A stretch of DNA of 64,000 nucleotides from a virus. Taxonomy: Duplodnaviria; Caudoviricetes. The stretch covers positions 1 through 64,000 of the IMG/VR virus record IMGVR_UViG_3300009370_001679. One strand, written 5' to 3'. The notes under the pieces were generated by a model that was given only the letters and a program-made list of their open reading frames with translations, did no database searches and had not been told where the DNA came from. Positions 38,043 to 47,977 of this stretch are shown one piece after another. The first letter of the stretch is position 1. Each line of letters starts with the position of its first letter. A program made the translations under genes and the position numbers.

Positions 38043-39766
38043 GCATTAGGGGGCAAGATTTTTTTGGTCATTGCCCACAGTGTGGTACCTCATGTGAAGA
38101 TGAAATAATTAGTCTTGCAAACAAGTTTTGTGAAGGCTTTGTTGCCGAAGCAGGCGATGAAAGTAACAACATCTGGTATGAGATCGTAGAAGAACCCGTG
38201 GGTTGTAACCGAGATAACGGAGACTATTGGGCGTGGACGTACTTTGGCCACATATGTGCTGACCCGTTTCATAATGATCCGTGTGAGAATAGACCGAATA
38301 CTTATGGTAGTCTATTCGAGGGCTGGACGACTTATGACCCTCGGGGAGTTTGGACTCCAATGATTCTTGGGGGAGGGCTAGATGAGGGAGATGGATACAC
38401 AGGTCTCGGCAAAGGCCAATTTCAGTCCAATCAGCGATGGAAATTAACAAATAACTGTAATTATGACTCCTATACAGGCTGCGGCAAGCCTGTCAGCACC
38501 ACAATACCGGGACAATATGGTTCACCCACGTTTGCTGGCAGTATAACGGTAGAAGAATATCACAATGGAAAAAGACAGGTAGAGCTAGGTACATGCTACC
38601 CTCTAGACCCGAGGTGTTCCGAAACAGTATTAGACGCGGATGGAAATCCTGTTACTAGAGGCGGCACAACAATACTAGGAAAAGTATATGACGTATTTAA
38701 CATACAAAATCAATTTGATATCTTTCCCGTCTGTGGTGAGATGGAGGTGCAGGACAGTGGCGATTATTATTATGAGTTTGAGCGCGCCGGAACATTCCAA
38801 TCCCTTGATTCGACTAACGAGCTCTTCTTTCTGCTTCTGAAGTCGGTTTGTTCAGACACATCTATTTCTGAACGGTCTCAACACCCCCATATAGTTGGAA
38901 CCAATAGCCGGAGCAGCGGTAACTTTTGGATCAATCGTGGCGAAAATAGAAGTAGGCAGTTTGATAACCATGAAGAAGTTAAGAAAATCGGGCTCCGCAG
39001 GGAAATCTCTGTAGCAAAGCTTGGCAGCATAACGGAAGTCTATACTTGTGAGGAGTGTGAATATAATAATGACTGGCCCCATGAAGAAACTCAAGAATGC
39101 GTTAATATAATAACTAAGTATAGAGTGTCTCCAGTCTCTGGGTCGTTATTGTACGGCGCCACGTATGACACACTTGAGGAGGCTTTTGATGATCTGAAAT
39201 CGGAAGGAGGCATCCCCTTTTTTGGGTCGTCCAGCTACTTGTCGGGGATGGGTAAAGCTGCTTATAAATATTTAGGTCGAGAGGTAGGTTCCGGATTATT
39301 ATGTGACTCTCAGGTTCTGGCATATGGGAAAACAACGGTTACGCCGTTAAGTCTTCCATCCGACCCACAGCCCGCCGAACCATCCAGTAGCTGGAACAGG
39401 TATTTATATAGCAATCCGGGCCTACCAGAAGACCTTGAGTCTACATTAGGTCGAGAGGTCCGTATTTCATACGGAATCGGTGCCGTCCTACAGGGTCTAA
39501 ATGGAGCCATCAACCTAAACGGTTTCAATGTGTCTACAAATGACGACGCTTTTGATCTTAGTTCTACAGAAAAGTATTATCCTGTTAGTGGCTATTCTCT
39601 AATAGGGGTAGAATTTTATCAAGCGCACCTTTCTTATAACAGCGATGGTGCGGCTATAAATAAAGAGTGGCCTCTTGAGTTTACACGAATATACCAAAAA
39701 CAGCTTGACTTCAACGGCAAAACAATAGACATTCCACCAATGACAACCACTATAACTTTAAAATAA
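38021..39766 (+). CDS. Cys-rich hypothetical tail-associated protein
   Basis: 581 aa, N-terminal CPQCGTSC and many further Cys; start uncertain (22-nt overlap with previous gene). Confidence 0.55.
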   Translation: MEKRADIGIRGQDFFGHCPQCGTSCEDEIISLANKFCEGFVAEAGDESNNIWYEIVEEPVGCNRDNGDYWAWTYFGHICADPFHNDPCENRPNTYGSLFEGWTTYDPRGVWTPMILGGGLDEGDGYTGLGKGQFQSNQRWKLTNNCNYDSYTGCGKPVSTTIPGQYGSPTFAGSITVEEYHNGKRQVELGTCYPLDPRCSETVLDADGNPVTRGGTTILGKVYDVFNIQNQFDIFPVCGEMEVQDSGDYYYEFERAGTFQSLDSTNELFFLLLKSVCSDTSISERSQHPHIVGTNSRSSGNFWINRGENRSRQFDNHEEVKKIGLRREISVAKLGSITEVYTCEECEYNNDWPHEETQECVNIITKYRVSPVSGSLLYGATYDTLEEAFDDLKSEGGIPFFGSSSYLSGMGKAAYKYLGREVGSGLLCDSQVLAYGKTTVTPLSLPSDPQPAEPSSSWNRYLYSNPGLPEDLESTLGREVRISYGIGAVLQGLNGAINLNGFNVSTNDDAFDLSSTEKYYPVSGYSLIGVEFYQAHLSYNSDGAAINKEWPLEFTRIYQKQLDFNGKTIDIPPMTTTITLK

Positions 39767-39776
39767 GGAATTGAAC

Positions 39777-40178
39777 ATGCGAACATGCAAAGAGTGCTCA
39801 GCGAGATTAGTGTGTCATGGTAGCTGTATATGTGCGACCTGTGGGATTCTAAATATGTCTGAGCCACCAATAGAAACGGAACCACCGACAGAACCCGCAG
39901 AGGAGCAAAAAATGCCTTCTGTATTTAAGCAGGCGAAAAACTTTGCTACGTCGGCGGCAAAGCATGTGATGAATAGAGGGCAAAACGTACCTGAGAACTT
40001 AAAAAACGCCCGATTAGAGATATGTAGTGGTTGCGATAAGCTCTCTGGAGATAGATGCTCTGAGTGTGGATGTGTGGTATCAATAAAGGCTGCGTGGGCC
40101 TCAGAAGAGTGTCCAATAGGGAAATGGGAGCGATACGAGCAAACTAGAGGAAAGTGTGGAGGATGTGGAGGAAAATAA
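39777..40178 (+). CDS. Small Cys-rich metal-binding protein
   Basis: CKEC, CICATC, RLEICSGC..CSECGC.V..K......CPIGKW, CGGCGG; ATG 39777 is 7 nt after AAGGA. Confidence 0.6.
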   Translation: MRTCKECSARLVCHGSCICATCGILNMSEPPIETEPPTEPAEEQKMPSVFKQAKNFATSAAKHVMNRGQNVPENLKNARLEICSGCDKLSGDRCSECGCVVSIKAAWASEECPIGKWERYEQTRGKCGGCGGK

Positions 40179-40204
40179 CTTAAAATTTAACTTAAAACTA
40201 GGCA

Positions 40205-40215
40205 TTTTGTGTATT
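40205..40215 (+). promoter_or_regulatory. Putative late-promoter motif TTTTGTGTATT
   Basis: Intergenic; shares CATTTTGTGTAT with the 3867 site; ~45 nt before ATG 40259. Confidence 0.55.
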
Positions 40216-40258
40216 ACATTATATAGGTGCCCTTAGATGCAAAAAAGGAGATATTATA

Positions 40259-41197
40259 ATGGCAGAAATCACATTTGGTATAGGAACACAGCAAAATATT
40301 GTTGGTTCTGGTTTAGGATTTTACGGTGCCACGTTTGGCTCATCGGTCCAAATCGGATCGTTCCAAGACTCAACATACGTAACTAATGCCGCTGGAACAG
40401 CACAAGGCCCAGCAGCTACGAACATAAAATTTAGTACACCGGGCTCTGGTGAGCCTAGTACAGTAGGGTCAGGTATTCCCCTGACTAAGATGAATTCTGG
40501 AAACAGAACTTTCCATGTTAACTTTGACCACAGCTCTGATGTCAATGTGCAAAACTGTCAGCTAAGAATATATGATAGAACAGACACTAACTTCCCAGCC
40601 TCTGGTGTTGTAACCAAAGTAGCAGAAATTGTTAACTTTGATGGTAAAACAACGGCAGCTTGGACGTCAAGCAACGGCTCTGATAATGTTGCTTATAATA
40701 GTAATTGCTATGGTTCTGGAGACATGTTTTGGTGGGGAGCTCCTTGGCCAGATGCAGGTACATGGCGAGCTGCACAAAACTATTACGATAACTCTTCTGG
40801 CGTTAGATTCCGGAACTTTACCCAGACTGAAGCAACAGCTGGTAATGGTAATGGCGACGAAAGACTTGGTGTAGTAACTGGTGACACTGAAACTGTCGGA
40901 GGTACTGGAGTAGTGGTTCCACTCTTCAATTCTCCCGGTAGTGGTGGGCACTTTGTTAACTCTATTAATACAGATGTTTCCGCCGTACAGCCCAAATGGT
41001 TGCAATACTACGACAGTACGAACAGAGATACCGCAGCTGGCGGAACACCAAATCTCGGAACAAAAACCACGACCAATACTTTTGGCGGAACTGGCTTAGC
41101 AAAAAGACATACTTGGTATGCTGCTCTTTCTGCATCTCCTCTTAGTATCGGTTCTAAGACGCAATATGGACTGTATGTATCTCTAGAGTACCTATAA
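40259..41197 (+). CDS. Hypothetical structural protein (Gly/Thr/Ser-rich)
   Basis: 312 aa, AAGGAG SD, own promoter motif, last gene of the + arm. Confidence 0.6.
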   Translation: MAEITFGIGTQQNIVGSGLGFYGATFGSSVQIGSFQDSTYVTNAAGTAQGPAATNIKFSTPGSGEPSTVGSGIPLTKMNSGNRTFHVNFDHSSDVNVQNCQLRIYDRTDTNFPASGVVTKVAEIVNFDGKTTAAWTSSNGSDNVAYNSNCYGSGDMFWWGAPWPDAGTWRAAQNYYDNSSGVRFRNFTQTEATAGNGNGDERLGVVTGDTETVGGTGVVVPLFNSPGSGGHFVNSINTDVSAVQPKWLQYYDSTNRDTAAGGTPNLGTKTTTNTFGGTGLAKRHTWYAALSASPLSIGSKTQYGLYVSLEYL

Positions 41198-41221
41198 AGC
41201 TTGAGCCTTTTGGTCCATTAT

Positions 41222-41253
41222 AAAGCCCTTCACTCGCGTGTGGGGCTTTTTTT
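41222..41253 (+). terminator. Intrinsic terminator of the + arm
   Basis: AAAGCCC-TTCAC/GTG-TGGGGCTTT imperfect hairpin ending in a T7 run. Confidence 0.8.
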
Positions 41254-41259
41254 ATGCAC

Positions 41260-41295
41260 AAAAAAACCCCGCCCAAGAATTAACTTGAGCGAGGT
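41260..41295 (-). terminator. Intrinsic terminator of the - arm
   Basis: On minus strand CCTCGCTCAAG-TTAATT-CTTGGGCGGGG followed by T7. Confidence 0.8.
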
Positions 41296-41316
41296 AGCCC
41301 TAACCGGAGCTTCCCT

Positions 41317-41646
41317 TTATTCAAGGGATTTGGTCTTAGGATTCCACTTCTGCCAACCGCCATTATCGATCCAGTTGCCATCAGCATCTTTTCTTCGGGG
41401 GAATAAACCACCGCCCTGCTTGTTTGCACCAAACTGAAGTTTAGCATTACAGTCCATACATCGCAGCTCGTAGTACTCGTTACCTTCATTTTCTCTTACG
41501 ACAAAACGTAGGTTTTCAGAACCACACTTCCCACAGGCAGATTCGCCGAATACTTCCTGAAAGACAGCAATCTGTTTCCAGACGTCTCGTACTGTCTCAC
41601 CATCAAATTCTACGCTCAGCTTGCTTAAATTATAGTTTACCTTCAT
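41317..41646 (-). CDS. Zn-ribbon hypothetical protein
   Basis: CGKC...CMDC; likely start MKVNY at 41646 after GGAG. Confidence 0.6.
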   Translation of the reverse strand: MKVNYNLSKLSVEFDGETVRDVWKQIAVFQEVFGESACGKCGSENLRFVVRENEGNEYYELRCMDCNAKLQFGANKQGGGLFPRRKDADGNWIDNGGWQKWNPKTKSLE

Positions 41647-41648
41647 CT

Positions 41649-42422
41649 TTATGATCTCCAATTCTTGTTATAGCCCAGTATGTTTTCAGGTATAACTTGC
41701 TGTTTAGTTTGATACTTGTTAAGGACTCCGAGCATTGCGGCAGCTTTGGTTTTCTCCACTATCTCAATTGACTCATAATCGCCCTCTCCAGAATTTACAA
41801 ACTTCATGACATTGATATCTAGTTGTCTACACTTGTTATCAATAAAATTAATTTGTGAAGAGCTTACAATAGCGCCTTCATCCCATTCCCCATCGGTGGG
41901 GTTATCCTTTTGTACACTTTGTTGAACAATAGATACAATATCTTTTCTTGCCAATTCCTCAGCAGCTAAACATCGCACCTTTAATGCTTTTCTAAGTGCC
42001 CTTCCTTCTGCTCGCGTACTCGCTGTGGCAACAGGGTGTGCACAGAATAAATCATCTGTGTTCCCATGCCATACGTCTGCAACTTCCTTAAAAACCCTTA
42101 GCTCTCCAGAGTTCATCCAGTTGAAAACAACCTTATAAACTACCGTAGCTCTTCCGGGCCCATTTCCGTCCATAGCTGGAAAAACCTGATCGGGGCCAGA
42201 CTCAATTACGTCACCAAGCAATAGCTCAGATACACGTCTTAGTCCAGCACAAATAGGGTTTTTGTCTATCAGCTCATTCCTTTGAAAATGTGACATCACA
42301 TAATCGCTCCAACCTTCACTACCGTAAGCTACTGCGTCTGAATCCGTTTCCTCTTCTGGAATCAAAACATCTTCGGTAATACTATCAACATCAAATAATT
42401 CTGTTTCAACTTGCTCTGGCAT
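41649..42422 (-). CDS. Putative single-strand annealing/recombination protein (Rad52/Sak-like)
   Basis: ATASTRAEGRALRKAL..AAEEL helix motif and C-terminal SSSQINFI; likely start MPEQ at 42422. Confidence 0.45.
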   Translation of the reverse strand: MPEQVETELFDVDSITEDVLIPEEETDSDAVAYGSEGWSDYVMSHFQRNELIDKNPICAGLRRVSELLLGDVIESGPDQVFPAMDGNGPGRATVVYKVVFNWMNSGELRVFKEVADVWHGNTDDLFCAHPVATASTRAEGRALRKALKVRCLAAEELARKDIVSIVQQSVQKDNPTDGEWDEGAIVSSSQINFIDNKCRQLDINVMKFVNSGEGDYESIEIVEKTKAAAMLGVLNKYQTKQQVIPENILGYNKNWRS

Positions 42423-42423
42423 A

Positions 42424-43194
42424 TCAACAAATCTCCAATTCAATAAGTCTTTTGTTCTTAGATGGGAATTTTTTCTCTACTTGCTGAAGAACAGGTTCAA
42501 CAAGTTCCCACAACCTTCTACCAACCGAACGGGTGAACGTAGGGCATAGGTACTTTACTCTAATTACACAATAGCCTCTTTTGACAAGAACGCCATTCTT
42601 AATTATATCGTGTTTTACATAACCCCGTAACATCTTTTCTCCAAAAACTGGCTCAAAGTGTTGGGGCCCATCTACCTCTATTATAGTCGAAAGCTCGGGC
42701 AAAAACAAGTCCATTTCATATTTTGTACCTTCTATTAGGTCTTTTTTATGAAGGATAACTTCCCTGCCTGATGCGTGAATTTTTTCATAAAGGAGTCTTT
42801 CGGGCTTTGAACCTTCCTTGATTGTTAGCAATAAAGCTTTAGCCGCCTTACTGCGTAACTCCTCCTTGTCGTGATCAGACATGTTTTCCCATTGCTCTTT
42901 AGCAAGGGCAGATCTGCGTTTACGTTCTTTTTTTGGCAAGTCCGCCCACGCCTTTTCCAGACTGATACTAATTTTATCTTTAACCTTTTCGGTTCTAGTC
43001 TTTCCCTTTGTTGGGTGGGAATGTCTACCAGACTTTAAAGCCTCTTTTTGAGCCTCGCTTTTGCTGCGTAACTCAACACCATTAGATATTAACACTCTGC
43101 GTATTTTATTGGGATACGTGTCAAAGTTATCTGCAATGGCTTTCGTGCTTAGGTTATTTTTTGTATACATTTCTATTACTGTTTTTACGTCCAT
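42424..43194 (-). CDS. HTH + NUMOD3 + Vsr/DUF559-like endonuclease
   Basis: N-terminal HTH (STKAIA..F.TYPNKIRR), HPTKGKTRTEKVKDKIS (NUMOD3-like), EMDLFL....IIEVDGPQH. Confidence 0.65.
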   Translation of the reverse strand: MDVKTVIEMYTKNNLSTKAIADNFDTYPNKIRRVLISNGVELRSKSEAQKEALKSGRHSHPTKGKTRTEKVKDKISISLEKAWADLPKKERKRRSALAKEQWENMSDHDKEELRSKAAKALLLTIKEGSKPERLLYEKIHASGREVILHKKDLIEGTKYEMDLFLPELSTIIEVDGPQHFEPVFGEKMLRGYVKHDIIKNGVLVKRGYCVIRVKYLCPTFTRSVGRRLWELVEPVLQQVEKKFPSKNKRLIELEIC

Positions 43195-43646
43195 AGTATT
43201 TTCTCCATTTTCTCCATGTCCCAGTCATCAACGACACCTGCGACTTTTTTGTTAGAGTAGTTTTCAAACAGCTCCTTGTGGGAGTAGCTTCTAGTTATTA
43301 TATTAAGTTCCGGGTTTCTTACAACAGATGAAACATAGTTAAAGTCCATCGGCTTCCTTAACCATTCTAAGTCCCATAGATATAGGAATTTCTTGGCATT
43401 GTTCTTTGTCTTTATCATCATGTTCGCACAATCAACACTTGTCGCAATCGCGACCCCATCAAATTTAGCATAATAAGAAATATTCATACATGCGAAAAAT
43501 GGTGTTATTGGAGCCGCACTTAATGTGCTATAAAAACACATAGGTGAACAGTCCGTATTCTCCTTCATTTTATTAAAAGCCTTTATAAGGTAATAAGACT
43601 CTTGTGAGGTTGACAGTGTTTCAATTATCGCCGCTATCTTTTTCAT
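43185..43646 (-). CDS. Glycosyltransferase-like single-domain protein
   Basis: IATS...KKFLYLWDLEW...IITRS resembles the N-terminal half of GT-B enzymes. Confidence 0.4.
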   Translation of the reverse strand: MKKIAAIIETLSTSQESYYLIKAFNKMKENTDCSPMCFYSTLSAAPITPFFACMNISYYAKFDGVAIATSVDCANMMIKTKNNAKKFLYLWDLEWLRKPMDFNYVSSVVRNPELNIITRSYSHKELFENYSNKKVAGVVDDWDMEKMEKILWT

Positions 43647-44404
43647 GCTAGTATTTTGTTCTTCCAGTAAGAGAATGACAATTTATTAAGTTTATATTCT
43701 TTGGTTTGCATATCCTTGTATTCTTTTTTAAGTCTATCCTCTGTGACCTCATTCCAGTCCTCGATAAACAACACGGGCAAACCTTCTAGGCACTCATGAG
43801 TTATGTATTTTTTAACAATAGGAATACACCCAAGATACAGAGCCTCCCATATTCTGTGTGTATCTATCCCGTTTCCTCTTGGGCACAGGCAAAAAGCATA
43901 CTCTCGCAAGTGATTGACATATCTTTCAAAATTTTGTCCGTTTATAGATAGCCCATAGTCTGCAAAAACTGTCCCTAAATGCAATTTGTGCAATAAATCG
44001 TGCCTCTCTTCATGTGTCGATGGGTTAAACTGGGTAAAAGCCCGCACCTTTCTATTGCCTAAAAGTGGGGCGTTTTTCATTATATTTCTTTTTTGAGGGT
44101 GCCAGTGGTTATTCTCTAATCCAATGGGCAGAGGGTGGACTCTAGGGTGCTTAAAACCGAGGTTTTGAGCATACCAAACAACTAAATTATCGGGCACTTT
44201 ACACTCTTTTATCTCTACATCACTATTATGTGTCAATAGCTTAAACTGATTGTCTGGATGCTTGAGAATAAAATCCAATACCTCTTCATGATTATCAGAG
44301 GCTGTGTACATTAAAGACACGCTTTTTTTGGGAATTTTTTCACCAAATTTAAAATCACATGTATTTTTAAACTTTTCTCCATCTACCTCATCTACAGGGT
44401 ACAT
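43643..44404 (-). CDS. Exostosin (GT47)-like glycosyltransferase
   Basis: FCLCPRGNGIDTHRIWEALYLGCIPIV. Confidence 0.7.
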   Translation of the reverse strand: MYPVDEVDGEKFKNTCDFKFGEKIPKKSVSLMYTASDNHEEVLDFILKHPDNQFKLLTHNSDVEIKECKVPDNLVVWYAQNLGFKHPRVHPLPIGLENNHWHPQKRNIMKNAPLLGNRKVRAFTQFNPSTHEERHDLLHKLHLGTVFADYGLSINGQNFERYVNHLREYAFCLCPRGNGIDTHRIWEALYLGCIPIVKKYITHECLEGLPVLFIEDWNEVTEDRLKKEYKDMQTKEYKLNKLSFSYWKNKILA

Positions 44405-45075
44405 TCATACACTCCTGCTGTGCTTAACTGGCTGCATAGATATGGGTTAGTGTGCCAAACCTTTAAGTTGTTTTCTTTAAAGTGATAGTTGAGTTCCCAA
44501 TCAATAGAAGTGCATATTGTGGTGAATGTGCCGAGAACCTTCTCTGCCGCACCTTTTGTTAGAGCATAGGAAGATGTGCAGTTCGTGGCGGGATGGTCAA
44601 CGAGCAATAGGTTTCTATAAGACCCGCAAACTCTATCGGCAACAAGGCTATGGTCAAAACCCCCACCAAAGAACAGGGCGTCATGGGGAACCCCTTCTGC
44701 TGTATGTAGAGAGTTAATAATATCTTTTTTGGTTCCGTGAAACACAACATCGTCTTCCAAAAAGACTGCATTATCATAATCAGAAGATACCAAGTCTTCC
44801 ATACATTTTATATGTTTTATACATAAGGATATATGCCCCATCGTTGGCCCTTTATACCCATCATAATCGACCTCCTCATACATACCTAAAGTTCTCTCTT
44901 TAAAGAGATCTAAATCAGTGGTACAATATGTGTCGATGACGGCTTCTGATAATTCATTTTTATCATAGTCAGTATACCATGTGGCCTCAATTTCCATCTC
45001 CTCTAGAATAGGCTCTAGCCTAGCTCGCCGCTCAACGTTCTTTTTGTAGTGCATAACATAAAATTTTGTCTTCAT
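44392..45075 (-). CDS. GT25 family glycosyltransferase
   Basis: YVMH.....ERR, SL..KH, VFLEDDV, Y..TK.AA.KVL, ID. Confidence 0.75.
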   Translation of the reverse strand: MKTKFYVMHYKKNVERRARLEPILEEMEIEATWYTDYDKNELSEAVIDTYCTTDLDLFKERTLGMYEEVDYDGYKGPTMGHISLCIKHIKCMEDLVSSDYDNAVFLEDDVVFHGTKKDIINSLHTAEGVPHDALFFGGGFDHSLVADRVCGSYRNLLLVDHPATNCTSSYALTKGAAEKVLGTFTTICTSIDWELNYHFKENNLKVWHTNPYLCSQLSTAGVYECTL

Positions 45076-46233
45076 TTATACCATCCTGTTGATTATAGAA
45101 CAAATTCTCTTAATGTCTTTATACCTTAGGTCTTGGTGATTGGGAATATACATTCCATATTTTTCCACAATGTTCGCATTGACCATTGGCTCTTCCCCAT
45201 AGAGGTTGACCCATGCTGGCTGAAGACCCATGCTACCAGCTACAAGAGGGCGACACTCAATTTTTTTATTGTTTAACTCCCTGTAAACTTCTTGCTTATT
45301 TTCCAAGATAAGAGGAAAACCCATGTTAGATATAACCTCTTGAGTTCTCTCCGGCTTTGGAAACCAGATTTTTTGATTTAAGTTATTATAATAGTCGTAA
45401 TAGTTTTCCTCGCGCGTTCTTGATATATGGTTTATTTTAGGTATCTGGTTAAGACCTATGAAAGCTTGTAGGTCTGTTGCCCTCAAGTTGAATCCTGCGT
45501 AGTAAAATTTATATAGCGAATCAAAGTCGTCCACTCCATATTTCTGTCTATATTTTTCTTTAGAGTCTTGGCTTAGGTCTCTATCCCAACCGTGACTTCT
45601 AATCATCTTTACAACGTCCGCAAAATCGCTATTATCGGTACAAACCATCCCTCCCTCAATAGTTGAGATATGATGGCCAAAGTAAAACGAAAATGAGCTA
45701 GCGAAACCAAACGTGCCAAGCATCTTGCCGGACGTTCTAGATCCTAAGCTTTCGCAGGTATCTTCAATTACCAGTATGTCATTCTGGTTGCATATTTTGA
45801 TAATCTTCTCTATAGAGGAGTCAAGTCCTAATACATGTACGAGCATAACTGCGGCAGGCTGCTCTTTAATTATAATCTCCGATAGATGATCGACATCCAG
45901 CCCTAAGTTTTTCATATTGCAGTCACAGAGTATCGGGTCTAAACCAAACTGTATAGCAGGAAAGATAGTTGTTGACCAAGAAACCTGCGGAACTACTATC
46001 TTGGAGTTTCTAAGAAGCCCCATCTGCTTGAGGGCGGACACTATTAAAAGGTTTGCCGAAGAACCAGAATTACAATATATGGAATGTTTACACCCTAGAT
46101 ATTCGGAGAATTTTTCCTCGAACTCTACTGTCTTAGCCCCTTTTGTTAATTGAGGCATTTTTCTTAGCCAGCCGATAAGAGAGTTTATATCCCTTTCGTC
46201 TATAATGTCTGAACATAGTTTAATTGGTTTCAT
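45076..46233 (-). CDS. colD: PLP-dependent DegT-family enzyme, ColD-like GDP-4-keto-6-deoxymannose 3-dehydratase
   Basis: NSGSSANL, EDTCESLG, SFYFGHHISTIEGG (His in place of the Schiff-base Lys), RSHGWDR; no Fe-S Cys cluster of the RfbH type. Confidence 0.7.
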   Translation of the reverse strand: MKPIKLCSDIIDERDINSLIGWLRKMPQLTKGAKTVEFEEKFSEYLGCKHSIYCNSGSSANLLIVSALKQMGLLRNSKIVVPQVSWSTTIFPAIQFGLDPILCDCNMKNLGLDVDHLSEIIIKEQPAAVMLVHVLGLDSSIEKIIKICNQNDILVIEDTCESLGSRTSGKMLGTFGFASSFSFYFGHHISTIEGGMVCTDNSDFADVVKMIRSHGWDRDLSQDSKEKYRQKYGVDDFDSLYKFYYAGFNLRATDLQAFIGLNQIPKINHISRTREENYYDYYNNLNQKIWFPKPERTQEVISNMGFPLILENKQEVYRELNNKKIECRPLVAGSMGLQPAWVNLYGEEPMVNANIVEKYGMYIPNHQDLRYKDIKRICSIINRMV

Positions 46234-47156
46234 AGCTCTAGCACCGTTTTGAATTTCTCCAATAGGAACTCTGGGTTAGCACAGTCGGGAATTTTGTTGT
46301 CTGGAAAGCATGACTGACTCTGAATCTCTTGGAACAGGTCAGGTTTATTATATATACCAAGAACGGCCTCGTTTAGTTCATCTATATTGTTAAATCTTCT
46401 AGCATGAATGAAGGCGCCCTCATTAAATTCTTCACCCACATCTGGACAGCCCCAATATATTGGTATTACCCCTTTAGATAGTGGATGTATTAGTTTTTCA
46501 GTTATCCACCCGTCAGCCTCACCATTATCAAAACATAGGTTAAACTTAAAGTCATTAATATACTCTAGCTTGTCTTTTTCATCTCCTCCTATGGAGGGCA
46601 TATTTGTAAAGGCTCGACCTCTACTTTCTACCAAAAGGCCGTTCTCTACGCCGAACCCTATAAACTCAGGGTACACTTCGGCTCTCAGCGCCATATCGTT
46701 ATTTGTTAATACACAGCAGAACTTTTTCTTTTCCGTGTAGTCGGGAGGATTTAGCAACAACTCTGGTGAAACAAGAAAGGCTTGGTTCCTTCCTTGAACA
46801 TATTGGTTTCCAAACCAGTCTACATACATAGCCCATAGTGGTATTCGCACGTTTCTATTATCGTCAAACTTGCAGGACGAAAAAGAGAAATCGCAGCTAC
46901 TGTAGTCTGGGTCTCCCGTTCTATCAATTGACTCTACGAGCCAGTGGATAATCTTAGCTCGCCCCTTCATTCCATCCGTTAGGCTTGCTGCCGACGGAGA
47001 CTGATGATCTGGCGGAGAGCTCTGGCAAACGATAATGTCTGGATTGTTTTCATCAACAATAACATTATATTCTAATGACAGGGTGTTGGTGATTATATTG
47101 TCATGCTTAAAGAAGCCGCCCCACATGTTTTTAAAATCTATTTTTATCTGCTTCAT
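46230..47156 (-). CDS. GT10 alpha-1,3/4-fucosyltransferase-like glycosyltransferase
   Basis: FKFNLCFDN...GWITEK......G.IPIYWG motif; KKKFC; RIPLW. Confidence 0.8.
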   Translation of the reverse strand: MKQIKIDFKNMWGGFFKHDNIITNTLSLEYNVIVDENNPDIIVCQSSPPDHQSPSAASLTDGMKGRAKIIHWLVESIDRTGDPDYSSCDFSFSSCKFDDNRNVRIPLWAMYVDWFGNQYVQGRNQAFLVSPELLLNPPDYTEKKKFCCVLTNNDMALRAEVYPEFIGFGVENGLLVESRGRAFTNMPSIGGDEKDKLEYINDFKFNLCFDNGEADGWITEKLIHPLSKGVIPIYWGCPDVGEEFNEGAFIHARRFNNIDELNEAVLGIYNKPDLFQEIQSQSCFPDNKIPDCANPEFLLEKFKTVLEL

Positions 47157-47977
47157 TTTTCAATCCTTTTAAACATATATTCCGCAAGCCTTTCTGGAGA
47201 ACAAAAGTGTTCGTACCACAGCTTGGCGGCATTAGAATGGTATTCCAACACCTCTTCTTCTCTTCCTAAGATGAAGTCTACTGTTCTAGTCAGCTCTGCC
47301 CATCCAGCGTCCATTGGGAACGCCGGAGCTGCGTTATACATTGGGGTTTGTGGCATCCCCACATTTATTACTATACACCCCGCGCACATAGCTTCAAAAA
47401 ATCTAAAACTTTCCTTGCTACCTGAGCCAATGGGCACCAACGCTATCTTGGTATCATTCATCACATCGCAGTAGCTGTCTATAGCGTCTCCGTTATTCCA
47501 GCCCTCATACCACAAGACATGACTATTGTAATTTGGTCGCTCGCCATGTAATCTGTCTACAGCCTGTCTAAAGTTCACCCTAGTATAGGGGTCAAACTGG
47601 CCCATCCAAGACCAGTCTCTTGTTCTTTTTGTTATCGGAATATCCTGACTAGCAAACCCTTCGAGGCAACCTAAGGGCAATGGGCTAACTCTATTTATGT
47701 TCTTTACCGATGTCTGATCTGTGGGTGTTCCCATAGGTGCGTACTGCTTGAATATGTGCACATACGAGTCATCCTGTGTTTGGTCAGGAACATTGTGTGC
47801 CTCATCTGATGTAGATATTAATATTTTTGGATACTTTGTTTCTTTCGGCATCTCATGATTCCATACCTGCAAGATAAAAGAATAATCATTTTTCAGCTTC
47901 TTGGATAGTATCTCGACAGCCTCTTGATACACATAGCTGTCCGGATTTTGTTCAATAAGGTTAATTATTTCAGACAT
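47153..47977 (-). CDS. Exostosin-like GT-B glycosyltransferase
   Basis: KIALVPIG....ESFRFFEAMCAGCIVI. Confidence 0.6.
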   Translation of the reverse strand: MSEIINLIEQNPDSYVYQEAVEILSKKLKNDYSFILQVWNHEMPKETKYPKILISTSDEAHNVPDQTQDDSYVHIFKQYAPMGTPTDQTSVKNINRVSPLPLGCLEGFASQDIPITKRTRDWSWMGQFDPYTRVNFRQAVDRLHGERPNYNSHVLWYEGWNNGDAIDSYCDVMNDTKIALVPIGSGSKESFRFFEAMCAGCIVINVGMPQTPMYNAAPAFPMDAGWAELTRTVDFILGREEEVLEYHSNAAKLWYEHFCSPERLAEYMFKRIEK

